Source: Malacoraja senta
Taxonomy: Eukaryota
Assembly: GCA_038087875.1 (NCBI GenBank)
Contig: CM075994.1
Location: forward strand, 7,132,001-7,196,000
Direction of reading: 5' to 3'
Length of the DNA: 64,000 nucleotides
Shown here: positions 26,601-39,396 of the stretch, piece after piece
How the letters are laid out: the number at the start of each line of letters is the position of its first letter
Numbering within the stretch: the first letter of the stretch is position 1
Made by a program: the position numbers and the translations under genes
Notes under the pieces: generated by a model
The model's database searches: none
What the model saw: the letters and a program-made list of their open reading frames with translations, nothing else
Told to the model about the DNA's origin: nothing

Positions 26601-27890
26601 AGCCACACATTTGGATAGCAATAACGGGATCGGTCCGAGTCAGTATATATTTACGAAGGGGATATCATGCTTGACTAATCTGGAATTTCTTGAGGATGTC
26701 ACTAGGAAAATGTACAAGGGAGAGTCAGTAGATGTGGTGTACCTGGACTTTCAGAAAGCATTTGATAAGATTCCACATAGGAGATTAGTGGGCAAAATCA
26801 GGGCACATGGTATTGTGGGTAGAGTGCTGACATGGATAGAAAATTGGTTGGCAGACAGGAAACAAAGAGTAGGGATTAACGGGTCCCTTTCAGAATGGCA
26901 GGCAGTGATTAGTGGGATACCGCAAGGCTCCGTGCTGGGACCGCAGCTATTTACAATCTACATCAATGATTTGGATGAAGGGATTCAAAGAACATTAGCA
27001 AATTTGCAGATGACACAAAGCTGGGTGGCAATGTGAACTGTGAGGAGGATGCTATGAGAATGCAGGGTGACTTGGACAGGTTGGGGGAGTGGGCAGATGC
27101 ATGGCAGATGAATTTTAATGTGGATAAATGTGAGGTTATCCACTTTGGTAGCAAAAACAGGAAGGCGGGATCTGGGGGGTCCTTGTTCATCAGTCTATGA
27201 AAGTAAGCATGCAGGTACAGCAGGCAGTGAAGAAAGCGAATGGCATGTTGGCCTTTATAACAAGAGGAATCAAATATAGGAGCAAATAGGTCCTTCTGCA
27301 GTTGTACAGAACCCTAGTGAGACCACACCTGGAGTATTGTGTGCAGTTTTGGTCCCCTAATTTAAGGAAGGACATTCTTGCTATTGAGGGAATGCAGCGT
27401 AGGTTTACAAGATTAATTCCCAGGATGGCTGGACTGTCAAATGCTGAGAGAATGGAGCAGCTGGGCTTGTACACTCTGGAGTTTAGATGGATGGGAGGGA
27501 ATCTTATTGAAACATAAGATTGTTAAGTGTTTGGACACGCTAGAGGCAGGAAACATGTTCCCGATGTTGGGGGAGTCCAGAACCAGGGGCCACAGTTTAA
27601 GAATAAGGTGTAAGCCATTTAGAATGGAGACAAGGAAACACTTTTTCTCACAGAGAGTTGTGAGTCTGTGGAATTCTCTGCCTGAGAGGGCGGTGGAGGC
27701 TTTCTCTGGATACTTTCAAGGGAGAGCTGGATAAGGGCTCTTAAAGATAGTGTAGTCAGGGGATATGGGGAGAAGGCAGGAATGGGGTACTGATTGGGGA
27801 TGATCAGCCATGAAAACATTGAATGGTGAGCCTGGCTCGAAGGGCCGAATGGCCTACTCCTGCACCTATTGCCTATTGTTTGTTGTCTAT
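23670..27890 (+). mobile_element. Near full-length degenerate CR1 (HER1-type) LINE: ORF1 SGNH esterase, ORF2 APE-RT
   Basis: ORF1 VVGDSIVRG and VVVHIGTND. APE YMNAQSI, GITETW, IYRPP, MGDFN, SDH. RT YRPVSLTS, YLDFQKAFD, PQGSVLGP. CR1 3' tail. Many stops and frameshifts. Confidence 0.93.
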
Positions 27891-28517
27891 TTCATAGGAA
27901 CCCGAAGGGCAACTTTTTCTCACAAAGAGTGGTGTGTGTATGAAACGAGCCGCTGGGAGAGGTAGATGAGGCTGGCACTATCTCAACGTTTATGACTCTG
28001 ACGTTTCGGATCGAGGCCCTTCTTCAGACTGGACAGACCAAGTGGTGGTGTTCGGCCCAAAGTGAACACCAGCACCTTGACAGGACCTTCAGCAGATACA
28101 TTGTGTTCTGGAGAGCAGTGTTATAGCTTGCTGTTAAATGTGACTACCCACGTGCCTGTGGCCTTCTTGCTACACTGTTCCAGTCAAACCAAGCTTTTCT
28201 AGGTCGTTTTGTAGCGCAGGTTCACCAGGTTAATTCCCGGGATGGTGGGTCTGACATGTGATGAAAGAATGGATCGACTGGGCTTGCATTCACCGGAATT
28301 TAGAAGGATGAGAGGGCATCTTTTGGAAACATATAAAATTCTTAAGGGGATGCAGGGGAAATGTTCCTGATGTTGGGGGAGTCCAGAACCAGGGGTCACA
28401 TTTTAAGGATGAGGGGTAGGCCATTTAGGACTGAATTGAGGGAAAACTTTTTCACCCAGAGAGTTGTGAATCTGTGGAATTTTCTGCCGCAGTGGAGGCC
28501 AATTCAAGGGAGAGTTA

Positions 28518-28666
28518 AGGGCCTGTCCCACTTGGGCATCATTTGCGCGTCACGCAGGTGGCGTGCAAAGATTTTGTGGACGTGACGCGTAAATGATGGT
28601 GCGTCGTGACGCGTAACTGATGTCGTATAAATGACGCGCAAATAACGCCCAAGTGGGACAGGCCCT
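28518..28666. mobile_element. PIF/Harbinger-type MITE (149 bp)
   Basis: TIR AGGGCCTGTCCCACTTGGGC.. / ..GCCCAAGTGGGACAGGCCCT. TSD TTA/TGA inside a CR1 remnant (gagagTTAgatgcagc). Confidence 0.85.
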
Positions 28667-28989
28667 TGAGATGCAGCTCTAAGGGCTAATGGAATCAAGG
28701 GACATGAGGAGAAAGCAGGAAAGAAGGGTTTCGGCCCAAAACGTTGCCTATATCCTTCGCTCCATAGATGCTGCTGCACCCGCTGAGTTTCTCCAGCATT
28801 TTTGTGTACCTACTGATTTTTAATGTTCAGCCGTGATCATATTGCATGGTGGTGCTGTCTCAAAGGGATACTCCTCCACCTATTTTCAATGTTTCTATTA
28901 ACTATTTAATATTAACCATAGCCCTCACTTTGACCAGGCCTGTAATTGTAATAAGTATTGGAAATTGTAGTCAATGAGTCATACTGTAT

Positions 28990-29525
28990 ATTGAAACAGC
29001 GTGGATACAGGCCCTTTGGCCCAACTTGCCCACACATGACAACGTCCCAGCTACACCAGTCCCACCTGCCCACTTTTGGTCCATATCTCTCCAAACCTGT
29101 CCTATCCATGTACTTGTCCAACTGTTTCTTCAATGTTGGGATAGTCCCTGCCTCAACTACCTCCTCTGGCAGCTTGCTCCATACACCCACCACCCTTTGT
29201 GTGAAAAAGTTACCCCTCAGATTCCTATTAAATCTTTTCCCCTTCACCTTAAACCTATGTCCTCTGGTCCTCTATTCACTTACTCTGAGCAAGAGACTCT
29301 GTGCATCTACCCGATCCATTCCTCTCATGATGTTATACACCTCTATAAGATCATCCCTCATCCTCCAAGGAATAGAGTCCCAGCCTACTTAACCTCTCCC
29401 TATAGCTCACACCCTGTAGCCCTGGAAACATCGTTGTAAATCTTCTCTGTACCCTTTCCAGCTTGACAACATCTTTCCCATAATATGGTGCCCAGAACTG
29501 AACACGATGTGGTCTCACCAACGCC
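28990..29525 (-). mobile_element. CR1 LINE 3' fragment
   Basis: RFNRNLRGNFFTQRVVGVWSKLP and the conserved 3' tail. Confidence 0.8.
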
Positions 29526-32500
29526 TGAGGGGGACCGATATCCTGGCGGGGAGATCTGCAAAGGCTACTAGGGAGACTTTAAACTAGAATGGTTGGGGGG
29601 AGGGACTCAAATAGAGAATGCTATTAGACAGTGTGTGAGGCAGGAGGCAGAGAAGGAAAGCACTCAGACCCAACATGTAGGGGGGAAAGAAGAAAACAAT
29701 AATAAACAGAGAATAAGAGGTGGTGGGGTTCTTAAATGGGTGAGCAGAGAAACAGAGGGGTGTAAGATGCGGGCGGAAGCAATAGGTAGCAAGGTGAAAA
29801 GTAAAAGTGGCAGGCAGACAAATCCAGGGCAAAAATCAAAAAGAGCCACTTTTCAACATAATTGTATAAGGGGTAAGAGCGTTGTAAAAACAAGCCTGAA
29901 GGCTTTGTGTCTCAATGCAAGGAGCATTCGTAATAAGGTGGATGAGTTGAACGTGCAGATAGCAATTAATGATTATGATATAGTTGGGATCACGGAGACA
30001 TGGCTCCAGGGTGACCAAGGCTGGGAGCTGAACATCCAGGGATATTCAATATTCAGGAGGGATAGAGAGAAAGGAAAAGGAGGTGGGGTAGCGTTGCTGG
30101 TTAGAGAGGAGATTAACGCAGTGGAAAGGAAGGACATTAGCTTGGAGGATGTGGAATCGGTATGGGTAGAGCTGCGAAACACTAAGGGGCAGAAAACGCT
30201 GGTGGGTGTTGTGTACAGGCCACCTAGCAGTAGTAGTAAAGTTGGGGATGGCATCAAACAGGAAATTAGAAATGCGTGCAACAAAGGCAAAACAGTTATA
30301 ATGGGTGACTTCAATCTACATATAGATTGGGTGAATCAAATTGGCAGGGGTGCTGAGGAAGAGGATTTCTTGGAATGTATGCGGGATAGTTATCTAAACC
30401 AAATTGTAGAGGAACCAACGAGAGAGCAGGCTATTCTAGACTGGGTAATGAGGAAGGGTTAGTTAGCAGTCTTGTTGTGCGTGCCCCCTTGGGCAAGAGT
30501 GACCATAATATGGTTGAGTTCTTCATTAGGATGGAGAGTGACATTGTTAATTCAGAAACAACGGTTCTGAACTTAAAGAAAGGGAACTTTGAGGGTATGA
30601 GATGTGAATTGGCCAAGATTGACTGGCAATTAGTTCTAAAAGGGTTGACGGTGGATATGCAATGGAAGGCATTTAAAGACTGCATGGATGAACTATAAAA
30701 ATTGTTCATCCCAGTTTGGCAAAAGAATAAATCAGGGAAGGTAGTGCATCCGTGGATAACAAGGGAAATCAGGGATAGTATCAAAGCAAAAGATGATGCG
30801 TACAAAGTAGCCAGAAAAAGCAGCATACCAGAGGACTGGGAGAAATTCAGAGACCAACAGAGGAGGACAAAGGGCTTAATTAGGAAAGGGAAAATAGATT
30901 ATGAAAGGAAACTGGCAGGGAACATAAAAACTGACTGCAAAAGTTTTTATAGATATGTGAAGAGAAAGAGATTAGTTAAAACAAATGTAGGTCCCTTGCA
31001 GTCAGAAACAGGTGAATTGATCATGGGGAACAAGGATATGGCGGACCAATTGAATAACTACTTTGGTTCCGTCTTCACTAAGGAAGACATAAATAATCTG
31101 CCGGAAAATGCAGGGGGCCGCGGGTCAAAGGAGATGGAGGAACTGAGTGAAATCCAGGTTAGTCGGGAAGTGGTGTTGGGTAAATTGAATGGATTAAAGG
31201 CCGATAAATCACCAGGGCCAGATAGGCTGCATCCCAGAGTACTTAAGGAAGTAGCTCCAGAAATAGTGGATGCATTAGTGATAATTTTTCAAAACTCCTT
31301 AGATTCTGGAGTAGTTCCTGAGGATTGGAGGGTAGCAAACGTAACCCCACTTTTTAAGAAGGGAGGGAGAGAGAAAACGGGGAATTACAGACCAGTTAGT
31401 CTAACATCGGTAGTGGGGAAACTGCTAGAGTCAGTTATTAAAGATGGGATAGCAGCACATTTGGAAAGTGGTGAAATCATTGGACGAAGTCAGCATGGAT
31501 TTACGAAAGGTAAATCGTGTCTGACGAATCTTATAGAATTTTTCGAGGATGTAACTAGTAGAGTGGATAGGGGAGAACCAGTGGATGTGTTGTATCTGGA
31601 CTTTCAGAAGGCTTTCGACAAGGTACCACATAAGAGATTAGGATACAAACTTAAATCACACGGTATTGGGGGTTCAGTATTGATGTGGATAGAGAACTGG
31701 CTGGCAAACAGGAAGCAAAGAGTAGGAGTAAACGGGTCCTTTGCACAATGGCAGGCAGTGACTAGTGGGGTACCGCAAGGCTCAGTGCTGGGACCCCAGC
31801 CATCTACAATTTATATTAATGATCTGGACGAGGGAATTGAAAGCAACATCTCCAAGTTTGCGGATGACACTAAGCTGGGGGGCAGTGTTAGCTGTGAGGA
31901 GGATGCTAGGAGACTGCAAGGTGACTTGGATAGGCTGGGTGAGTGGGCAAATGTTTGGCAGATGCAGTATAATGTGGATAAATGTGAGGTTATCCACTTT
32001 GGTGGCAAAAACGGGAAGGCAGACTATTATCTAAATGGTGGCCGATTAGGAAATGGGGAGATGCAGCGAGACCTGGGTGTCATGGTACACCAGTCATTGA
32101 AAGTAGGCATGCAGGTGCAGCAGGCAGTGAAGAAAGCGAATGGTATGTTGGCCTTCATAGCAAGAGGATTTGAGTATAGGAGCAGGGAGGTTCTACTGCA
32201 GTTGTACAGGGTCTTGATGAGACCACACCTGGAGTATTGCGTACAGTTTTGGTCTCCAAATCTGAGGAAGGACATTATAGCCATAGAGGGAGTGCAGAGA
32301 AGGTTCACCAGATTGATTCCTGGGATGTCAGGACTTTCATATGAAGAAAGACTGGATAGACTTGGCTTATACTCGCTAGAATTTAGGAGATTGAGAGGGG
32401 ATCTTATAGAAACGTACAAAATTCTTATGGGGTTGGACAGGCTAGATGCAGGAAGATTGTTCCCAATGTTGGGGAAGTCCAGGACAAGGGCTCACAGCTT

Positions 32501-32790
32501 AAGGATAAGGGGGAAATCCTTTAAGACCGAGATGAGGAAAAACGTTTTCACACAGAGAGTGGTGAATCTGTGGAACTCTCTGCCACAGAGGGTAGTTGAG
32601 GCCAGTTCATTGGCTATATTTAAGAGGGAGTTAGATGTGGCCCTTGTGGCTAAGGGGATCAGGGGGTATGGAGAGAAGGCAGGTACGGGATACTGAGTTG
32701 GATGATCAGCCATGATCATATTGAATGGCAGTGCAGGCTCGAAGGGCCGAATGGCCTACTCCTGCACCTATTTTCTATGTATCTATGTAA
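29526..32790 (+). mobile_element. Young CR1 (HER1-type) LINE with ORF2 APE (29593-30462) and RT (30702-32696)
   Basis: CLNARSI, GITETW, VYRPP, MGDFN. 664-aa RT/C-terminal ORF with FADD and FTQRVVNLWNSLP. Few disruptions. Confidence 0.95.
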
Positions 32791-33519
32791 TACATCTGCA
32801 ACATGACCTCCCAACTTCTACACTCAATACTCTGACTGATGAAGGCAAATGTGCCAAACACCTTTTTGGCCGCCCTATCAACCTGCGACTCCACCTTCAA
32901 GGAACCATACGCCTGCACTTCTAGATCCATCTGCTCTACAACACTCCCCAGAGCCCTACCATTCACTGAGTATGTCCTGCCCAGCAAAGAATTCACCACC
33001 CTCTGACTAAAGAAATTTCTGCTTATCTCCTTCCTAAAGAACGTCCTTTAATTCTGAGGCTATGACCTCTAGTCCTCGACTCTCCCACTAGTGGAAACAT
33101 CCTCTGCACATCCACTCCATCCAAGTCTTTCACTGCTCTGTATGTTTCAACGAGGTTCCCCCCTCATTCTTCTAAATTCTATTCCTGGGATCATTCTTAT
33201 AATCCTCCACTGGCCCCTTTCTAGAGCCAGCACCTCCTCAGATATGGTGCGCAAAATTGCTCACAAGGACATGTTTATCCACTTTTGAAAAACTATTGTG
33301 CAACTCAAACCTGAGGTTCAATCAGCATGACAAGTTAAGCAACTAGGCTGTGGAATGTCCTGGGCTTGCGAGTGTCAAGAGTGTTTTATTGTCATATGTC
33401 CCAGATAGAACAATGACATTCTTACTTGCAGCAACACAACAGAATATGTAAACATAGTACACTGTAAACAATATAATAAATGAGAAAATAAACATTCAGT
33501 GGGTCTATATACACATATA

Positions 33520-34410
33520 TATATAGCCAAATCTGACTGAACCTGCAAAACATTGCAAGAGACAACATTCTCGGCTCTCCAGCCCAGCGGTTGATGTCCC
33601 ACCGGACGTCCTCCACTGCCTGTCTCCCAGCAACAGCCAAACAGCTACGACCAAAAGTCTGCCCCCCTGTCGTAATACAGAAGCGTGTACAGTTTAATTG
33701 AGACACGCAGAAGCGCTTTTATGACAAGACCAGCAAACCACTTAAACCACAAGGTCAAGTGGTACGACTGCAAACAGATACAGGACATACCATACTGGGA
33801 CACATTCATGGCCGTCTAAGGAACCACGCTCCTACCTGGTCGAAGTCGATGCTGTCCTCCATAGACGCAACCGTCAACCTCTCCTTCCTGTGAAGGAACG
33901 TCGTCCAGCGTCCCCGGGTCCTGATGCCCCACCGCTCAAGTTTAAACCAACACCTGTTGCAGCCGTTCCAGCGCCTACCGCTACCGGGTCCGCCCACTCC
34001 CCGTGTCGGTGTGTCCCTGCGTCCCCTGTTGTAACCGGCACCCGCGCCGGTCCACCCCAGGTTCCCCTGTGGCGGTCTCCCCCCACACACCCAGTGGGTC
34101 CCCCGCGGTTTTACCTGCCCCAGCCCTCATCTTTTCGGAGGAAAAGGTTGATGAGACAGCCCCATACCATAGGAGGACCGGGCGGGTTAGCAAGCCACCC
34201 ATTAGATATGGCGATTATGTTTAACCCCATTATTATTTACTCGGTTTATAGTTTGAAATGCCTTAGTTGCTTTTTCATTTCTACAAGAAGAGATGTAGAT
34301 TGGCTATTGCATGTTAGCCAATCAGAATGCTTAGTAATTATAATGATTTACAAGAACCTTCCTTTCAACTTCTCACAACCTGGTCACTGACTTTGGATTG
34401 AAAAACATTT
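33520..34410 (+). mobile_element. Gypsy LTR-retrotransposon remnant (integrase C-terminus, PPT, start of 3' LTR)
   Basis: Translates LGSPAQRLMS, QKRFYDK, EPRSYLVEVD..RRNRQPL and RTGRVSKPPIRY. Purine tract aagaagaga followed by TGT at 34294. Confidence 0.75.
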
Positions 34411-34549
34411 CTAACCAGTCTGGCGCTGTGAGGCAGCAACTCTACCGCTGCGCCACCGTGCTGCCCTTGTAAAAGACAGAGCAATAATTTCCCAGAAAGT
34501 AGCTTGAAAGTGAAGAATTCTCAGCCAACCCTCTCCACTCCACCAACTA

Positions 34550-35465
34550 CCAGCGGGCGGCAGTCTTCGCCTTACCTGAGTCCCAGGCCCAGCAACGGGC
34601 CCACAGTCTCCAAGATGCAGACTCCCACAGTACGGGGCCTGACCGTGCTGGGTCTTACTGCTCCTTCCCCTCCTACTGGGAAGCTCAGGAGGAGTTCCAC
34701 TGGGTCTTCCCCTTTTAGCCAGGTGACCCCTACTACTCCCCACCCATACATTAGTCCTCATACCCCCCTCCTCTCTGAACACTACCATGCTCCCCCCACC
34801 AGACATCGCCTCGGCCTCCATCTACTCACCTGCTCTCATCCGACCCCAACCTCCACCCTTACCGTGTGTTCACCATCCCCCCTGATATCCCCCTTTCTGA
34901 TACAGAACGGTCTGTCCTCAACAGAGACCTCACCTTTGTTCCCATCTGCCCCCACCTCAACGAGTTCCCGGTCCGCCACGATGTGGAGCTCTTCTTCCAT
35001 CGCCCCCGCCTCCGGGCCTTTTTCTATCGGAACGAGTCCTCACCGCCCAGTGATGACCCCGTCTCCCGTCTCCACCGGACCCCCTCCTCTTGGACTTCCC
35101 CTCATGGCCATCTACCTTCTTTAGACCTTTTCATTTCCAACTGCCTGCGGGATATCAAACGCCTCAAATTTTCCACTCCCCTTACTCAATCTAAGCTCTC
35201 CCCCCTTGAACGTACAGCCCTCCGCTCACTCTGTAGCAACCCCCACTGGATAATCAAACCTGCCGACAAGGGAGGTGCCGTGGTAGTCTGGCACGCTGAC
35301 GTCTACCGGACTGAGGCCAGGTGACAACTCTCAGACACCTCCTCCTACTTATCCTTGGACCATGACCCCACAGACGAGCCGAATCTCAAGCACCATTACT
35401 AATTTCATCACTTCTGGCTCTCTGCCATCTAAAGCCTCCAACCTCATCATTCCACAGCCCGCATA
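34550..35465 (+). mobile_element. Penelope-like element, N-terminal/RT fragment
   Basis: LSDTERSVLNRDLTFVP, RLRAFF, ERTALRSL, IIKPADKGGAVVVW. Confidence 0.85.
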
Positions 35466-35469
35466 GTGC

Positions 35470-36430
35470 GATTATTTATGATATTAATAATTTGGACGAG
35501 GGAATTGAATGCAACATCTCCAAGTTTGCGGATGACACGAAGCTGGGTGGCAGTGTTAGCTGTGAGGAGGATGCTAGGAGGCTGCAAGGTGACTTGGATA
35601 GGCTGGGTGAGTGGGCAAATGCATGGCAGATGCAGTATAATGTGGATAAATGTGAGGTTATCCACTTTGGGGGCAAAAACAGGAAAGTAGACTATTATCT
35701 AAATGGTGGCCGATTAGGAAAAGGGGAGATGCAACAAGACCTGGGTGTCATGGTACACCAGCCATTGAAAGTAGGCATGCAGGTGCAGCAGGCAGTGAAG
35801 AAAGCGAAGGGTATGTTAGCATTCATTGCAAAAGGATTTGAGTATAGGAGCAGGGAGGTTCTACTGCAGTTGTACAGGGTCTTGGTGAGACCACACCTGG
35901 AGTATTGCGTACAGTTTTGGTCTCCAAATCTGAGGAAAGACATTCTTGCCATAGAGGGAGTACAGAGAAGGTTCACCAGACTGATTTCTGGGATGTCAGG
36001 ACTTTCATATGAAGAAAGACTGGATAGACTCGGCTTGTACTCGCTAGAATTTAGAAGATTGAGGGGGGATCTTATAGAAACTTACAAAATTCTTAAGGGG
36101 TTGGACAGGCTAGATGCAGGAAGATTGTTCCCGATGTTGGGGAAGTCCAGGACAAGGGGGTCACAGTTTAAGGATAAAGGGGAAATCCTTTAGGACCGAG
36201 ATGAGAAAAACATTTTTCACACAGAGAGTGGTGAATCTCTGGAACTCTCTGCCACAGAAGGTAGTTGAGGCCAGTTCATTGGCTATATTTAAGAGGGAGT
36301 TAGATGTGGCCCTTGTGGCTAAAGGGATCAGGGGGTATGGAGAGAAGGCAGGTACAGGATACTGAGTTGGATGATCAGCCATGATCATATTGAATGGCGG
36401 TGCAGGCTCGAATGGCCTACTCCTGCACCT
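35470..36430 (+). mobile_element. CR1 LINE 3' fragment, same subfamily as 29526-32790
   Basis: SKFADDTKLGG...RPHLEYCVQFWSP; highly similar to 31810-32770. Confidence 0.92.
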
Positions 36431-36431
36431 A

Positions 36432-36797
36432 CAGTGGCTTGCAAAAGTTTTCATACCCCTTGAACTTTTCCACATTTTGTCACGTTACAACCACAAATGT
36501 AAATGTATTTTATTGGGATTTTATGTGATAGACCAACACAAAGTGGTGCATAATTGTGAAGTGGAAGGAAAATGATACATGGTTTTCAAATTTTTTTACA
36601 AATAAAAAACTGAAAAGTGTGGCGTGCAAAGGTATTCAGCCCCCCTGAGTCAATACTTTATAGAACCACCTTTCACTGCAATTACAGCTGCAAGTCTTTT
36701 GGGGGGTATGTCTCTACCAGCTTTGCACATCTAGAGACTGAAATTTTTGCCTATTCTTTGCAAAATAGCTCAAGCTCAGTCAGATTGGATGGAGAGC
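36432..36797. mobile_element. Tc1-like IR/DR transposon end
   Basis: TA|CAGTGGCTTGCAAAAG terminus. Outer DR gcaaaagttttcatacccc and inner DR gcaaaggtattcagcccc lie about 190 bp apart. Confidence 0.85.
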
Positions 36798-36799
36798 AA

Positions 36800-38670
36800 T
36801 ATGTGGGAAGATTTTATTTAGTTTTATTTTGGAGTAATGTAATCTGTGTAAGACTTTAAATTGTATTAAAGCATGTCTGGCATTTAACGAGCATTGATGT
36901 ATATGTTGTAAACTTTCGTCCCAAATATCTTTCGTTATAGGATGACCTAACTCATTTTCCCATGTATGTCTATATAGTTCCATCGGTGGTACCTCGTTAT
37001 TTAAGAGGGTGTTATAAATATAAGGTATTAATTTTTCAGTGTTAGGATGCTTATTCAAACATTCATCAAGAATTTCTGGTTCCCTAGTCCTATAAACTTG
37101 TGTATTGGATTTAACATAATCTCTAATTTGTAAATATCTGAAAAAGTTATTTGAGTGTAGTCCATGATTCTGTTGTAACTCTTGAAATGACAGAAAGATG
37201 CCTCCCTATAAAGGTCCAATCTTTTTAATTCCATAATTTTTTCATATTCCACTATGTATTATAGGGTTTTCCTTATAGGTTTTTTAATGCAGTTTTGTGG
37301 GAGCAAATATAATCGAACCTATTTCAAAAGGTAAACAGTCTTCCTTTTCCATCCTTAACCATTCTGGTTGTTGATCAATTTCTTCCAGCCAGAAATTCAT
37401 GTTTTTAATATGGACTGCCCAAAAATAAAATAAGAAATTTGGCAAGGCCAACCCTCTTTGACTTATATAAATGTTTTTTACTTATTCTATGATTCTTATA
37501 ATCCCAAATAAAGCTTGTAACAATGGAATCAACTTTTTTGAAAAAGTTTTTGGGGATATATATCGGAATTAATTGAAATAAGTATAGTAGTTGCGGTAAG
37601 AAAATCATTTTTATAGCATTAATTCTACCAAGCATTGAAATGGGAAGTGTTTTCCAGTACTGAATATGCTTGTGTAATTTATTAAGTAAGGATGGAAAAT
37701 TTAGTTTAAATAAAGAGGTATATGTCTTAGTTACGTAGATTCCTAAATATTTAAGTTTATCTTTAACTATTTTAAAAGGGAATTGTTGTATTGTATTTAA
37801 ATTGATTTTTGTTATTGGCATGATTTCACTTTTATTCCAGTTAATTCTATATCCTGAGAACTGACCAAATTGTGTTATTAGATTTAATAGATTTGGAATA
37901 CTAGTTTCTAACTTTGTAATATATATTAGTACATCATCTGCATATAAGGAAATGTTATTCCTTGTATCTCTAGTGTTGTATCCATGTATTCCTGGATGGT
38001 TTCTAACGCTTTCTGCTAATGGTTCAATTGCAAGAGCAAATAATAGTGGGGATAGTGAACATTCTTGTCTACAACCTCTAGAAAGATTAAATTTAGCTGA
38101 TAACATTTGGTTTGTTAATATTCTAGCTGTTGGATTAGAGTATAACAATTTAACCCATGTACAGTACTTCTCTCCCAATTGAAATTTTTTCATTACCGAA
38201 AATAAATATGTCCATTCTACCTGGTCAAATGCCTTTTCAGCATCTAACGAAATAATTGCTAGATCTGCATTAGGAATTCTATTTGTATATATAATATTGA
38301 ATAGTCTTCTCAAATTATAAAATGAGTAACGTTTTGGAATAAAATCTGTTTGGTCGGGGTGTATTAATTTGTTAATCACTAAGCTCAGTCTATGAGATAG
38401 GATTTTGGTTAATATTTTCTGATCAGTATTTAATAGAGCTATTGCTCTATATGAACCTGGGTCTTCAGGGTCCTTATCCGGTTTCGGTATAAGTATGATT
38501 GTAGATTCACTTAGAGTTTCTGGGAGTTTCTGTTGAGTGTAAGCTTGTTTGTAAAGTGTCTGTAGGCGTGGAGAAATCAGATCGTAATTTTTTAAATAAA
38601 ATTCAGAGCTTAGACCATCAGGACCTGCGGCCTTTCCGTTTTTTAAAGATCTGATTGACTCTTCGATGTC
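36800..38670 (-). mobile_element. L1/Tx1-clade LINE ORF2 (RT) fragment
   Basis: GKAAGPDG, YRAIALLNTD, SLDAEKAFD, LYADD, SGYRINWNKSE, KYLGI. AT-rich. Confidence 0.92.
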
Positions 38671-39396
38671 TTTTACTGTATAACACATCACACCTTGAAT
38701 GAATTAATGGGGTTAGATTATTTTTTTTCAATCAGTTGTCTAGAATTAATCGATACCCTCCCTACTTAGAATAAAGAGGCCATTTAAGACTGAGGTGAAA
38801 AATAACTTTTTCACCCAGAGAGTTGTGTACTTGTGGAATTCCCTGCCTCAGAGGGCAGTGGAGTCCAAATCACTGGATGGATTTAAGAGAGAGTTAGATA
38901 GAGCTCTAGGGGCTAGTGGAATCAAGGGATATGGGGAGAAGGCAGGCACGGGTATTGGATTGGGAACGATCAGCCGTGATCACAATGAATGGCGGTGCTG
39001 GCTCAAAGGGCCGAATGGCCTCCTCCTGCACCTATTTTCTATGTTTCTATCTACCTTATATAAGATTTAAATCGGAATTCCGATTTTTTGTTTTCCTATT
39101 TGTCACTTTTTTGTGCCCGATTATTTGGCAGCCAATCAACCGCTGTCTCCAAGGGGCGTTGTGACTAATCTCCGACCAGCTTTCCTTAAAATTCCCGTCC
39201 AATCAACAAATCGGTCTTCTCCAGTCCAATTAACCGTTGTCTCCAAGGGCAATGTCCAATCACATAATGCACTGGTCACTCGGCAGCCAATCAGACACAG
39301 TCTCCATTGGGCGTGTGACCAATCACTGACCTGCTTCCCTCACCGAAGCAGACGATGGCTAGAGTCAACACAGAGAGAGATGCAAGAAAGCAGCTA
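38670..39396 (-). mobile_element. Third, truncated and inverted copy of the hAT element (mirror of the 18988 copy)
   Basis: Reverse complement of about 45245-45680, interrupted by a CR1 3' fragment (about 38765-39050). Left TIR removed by a deletion of about 325 bp relative to the left arm. Confidence 0.8.
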
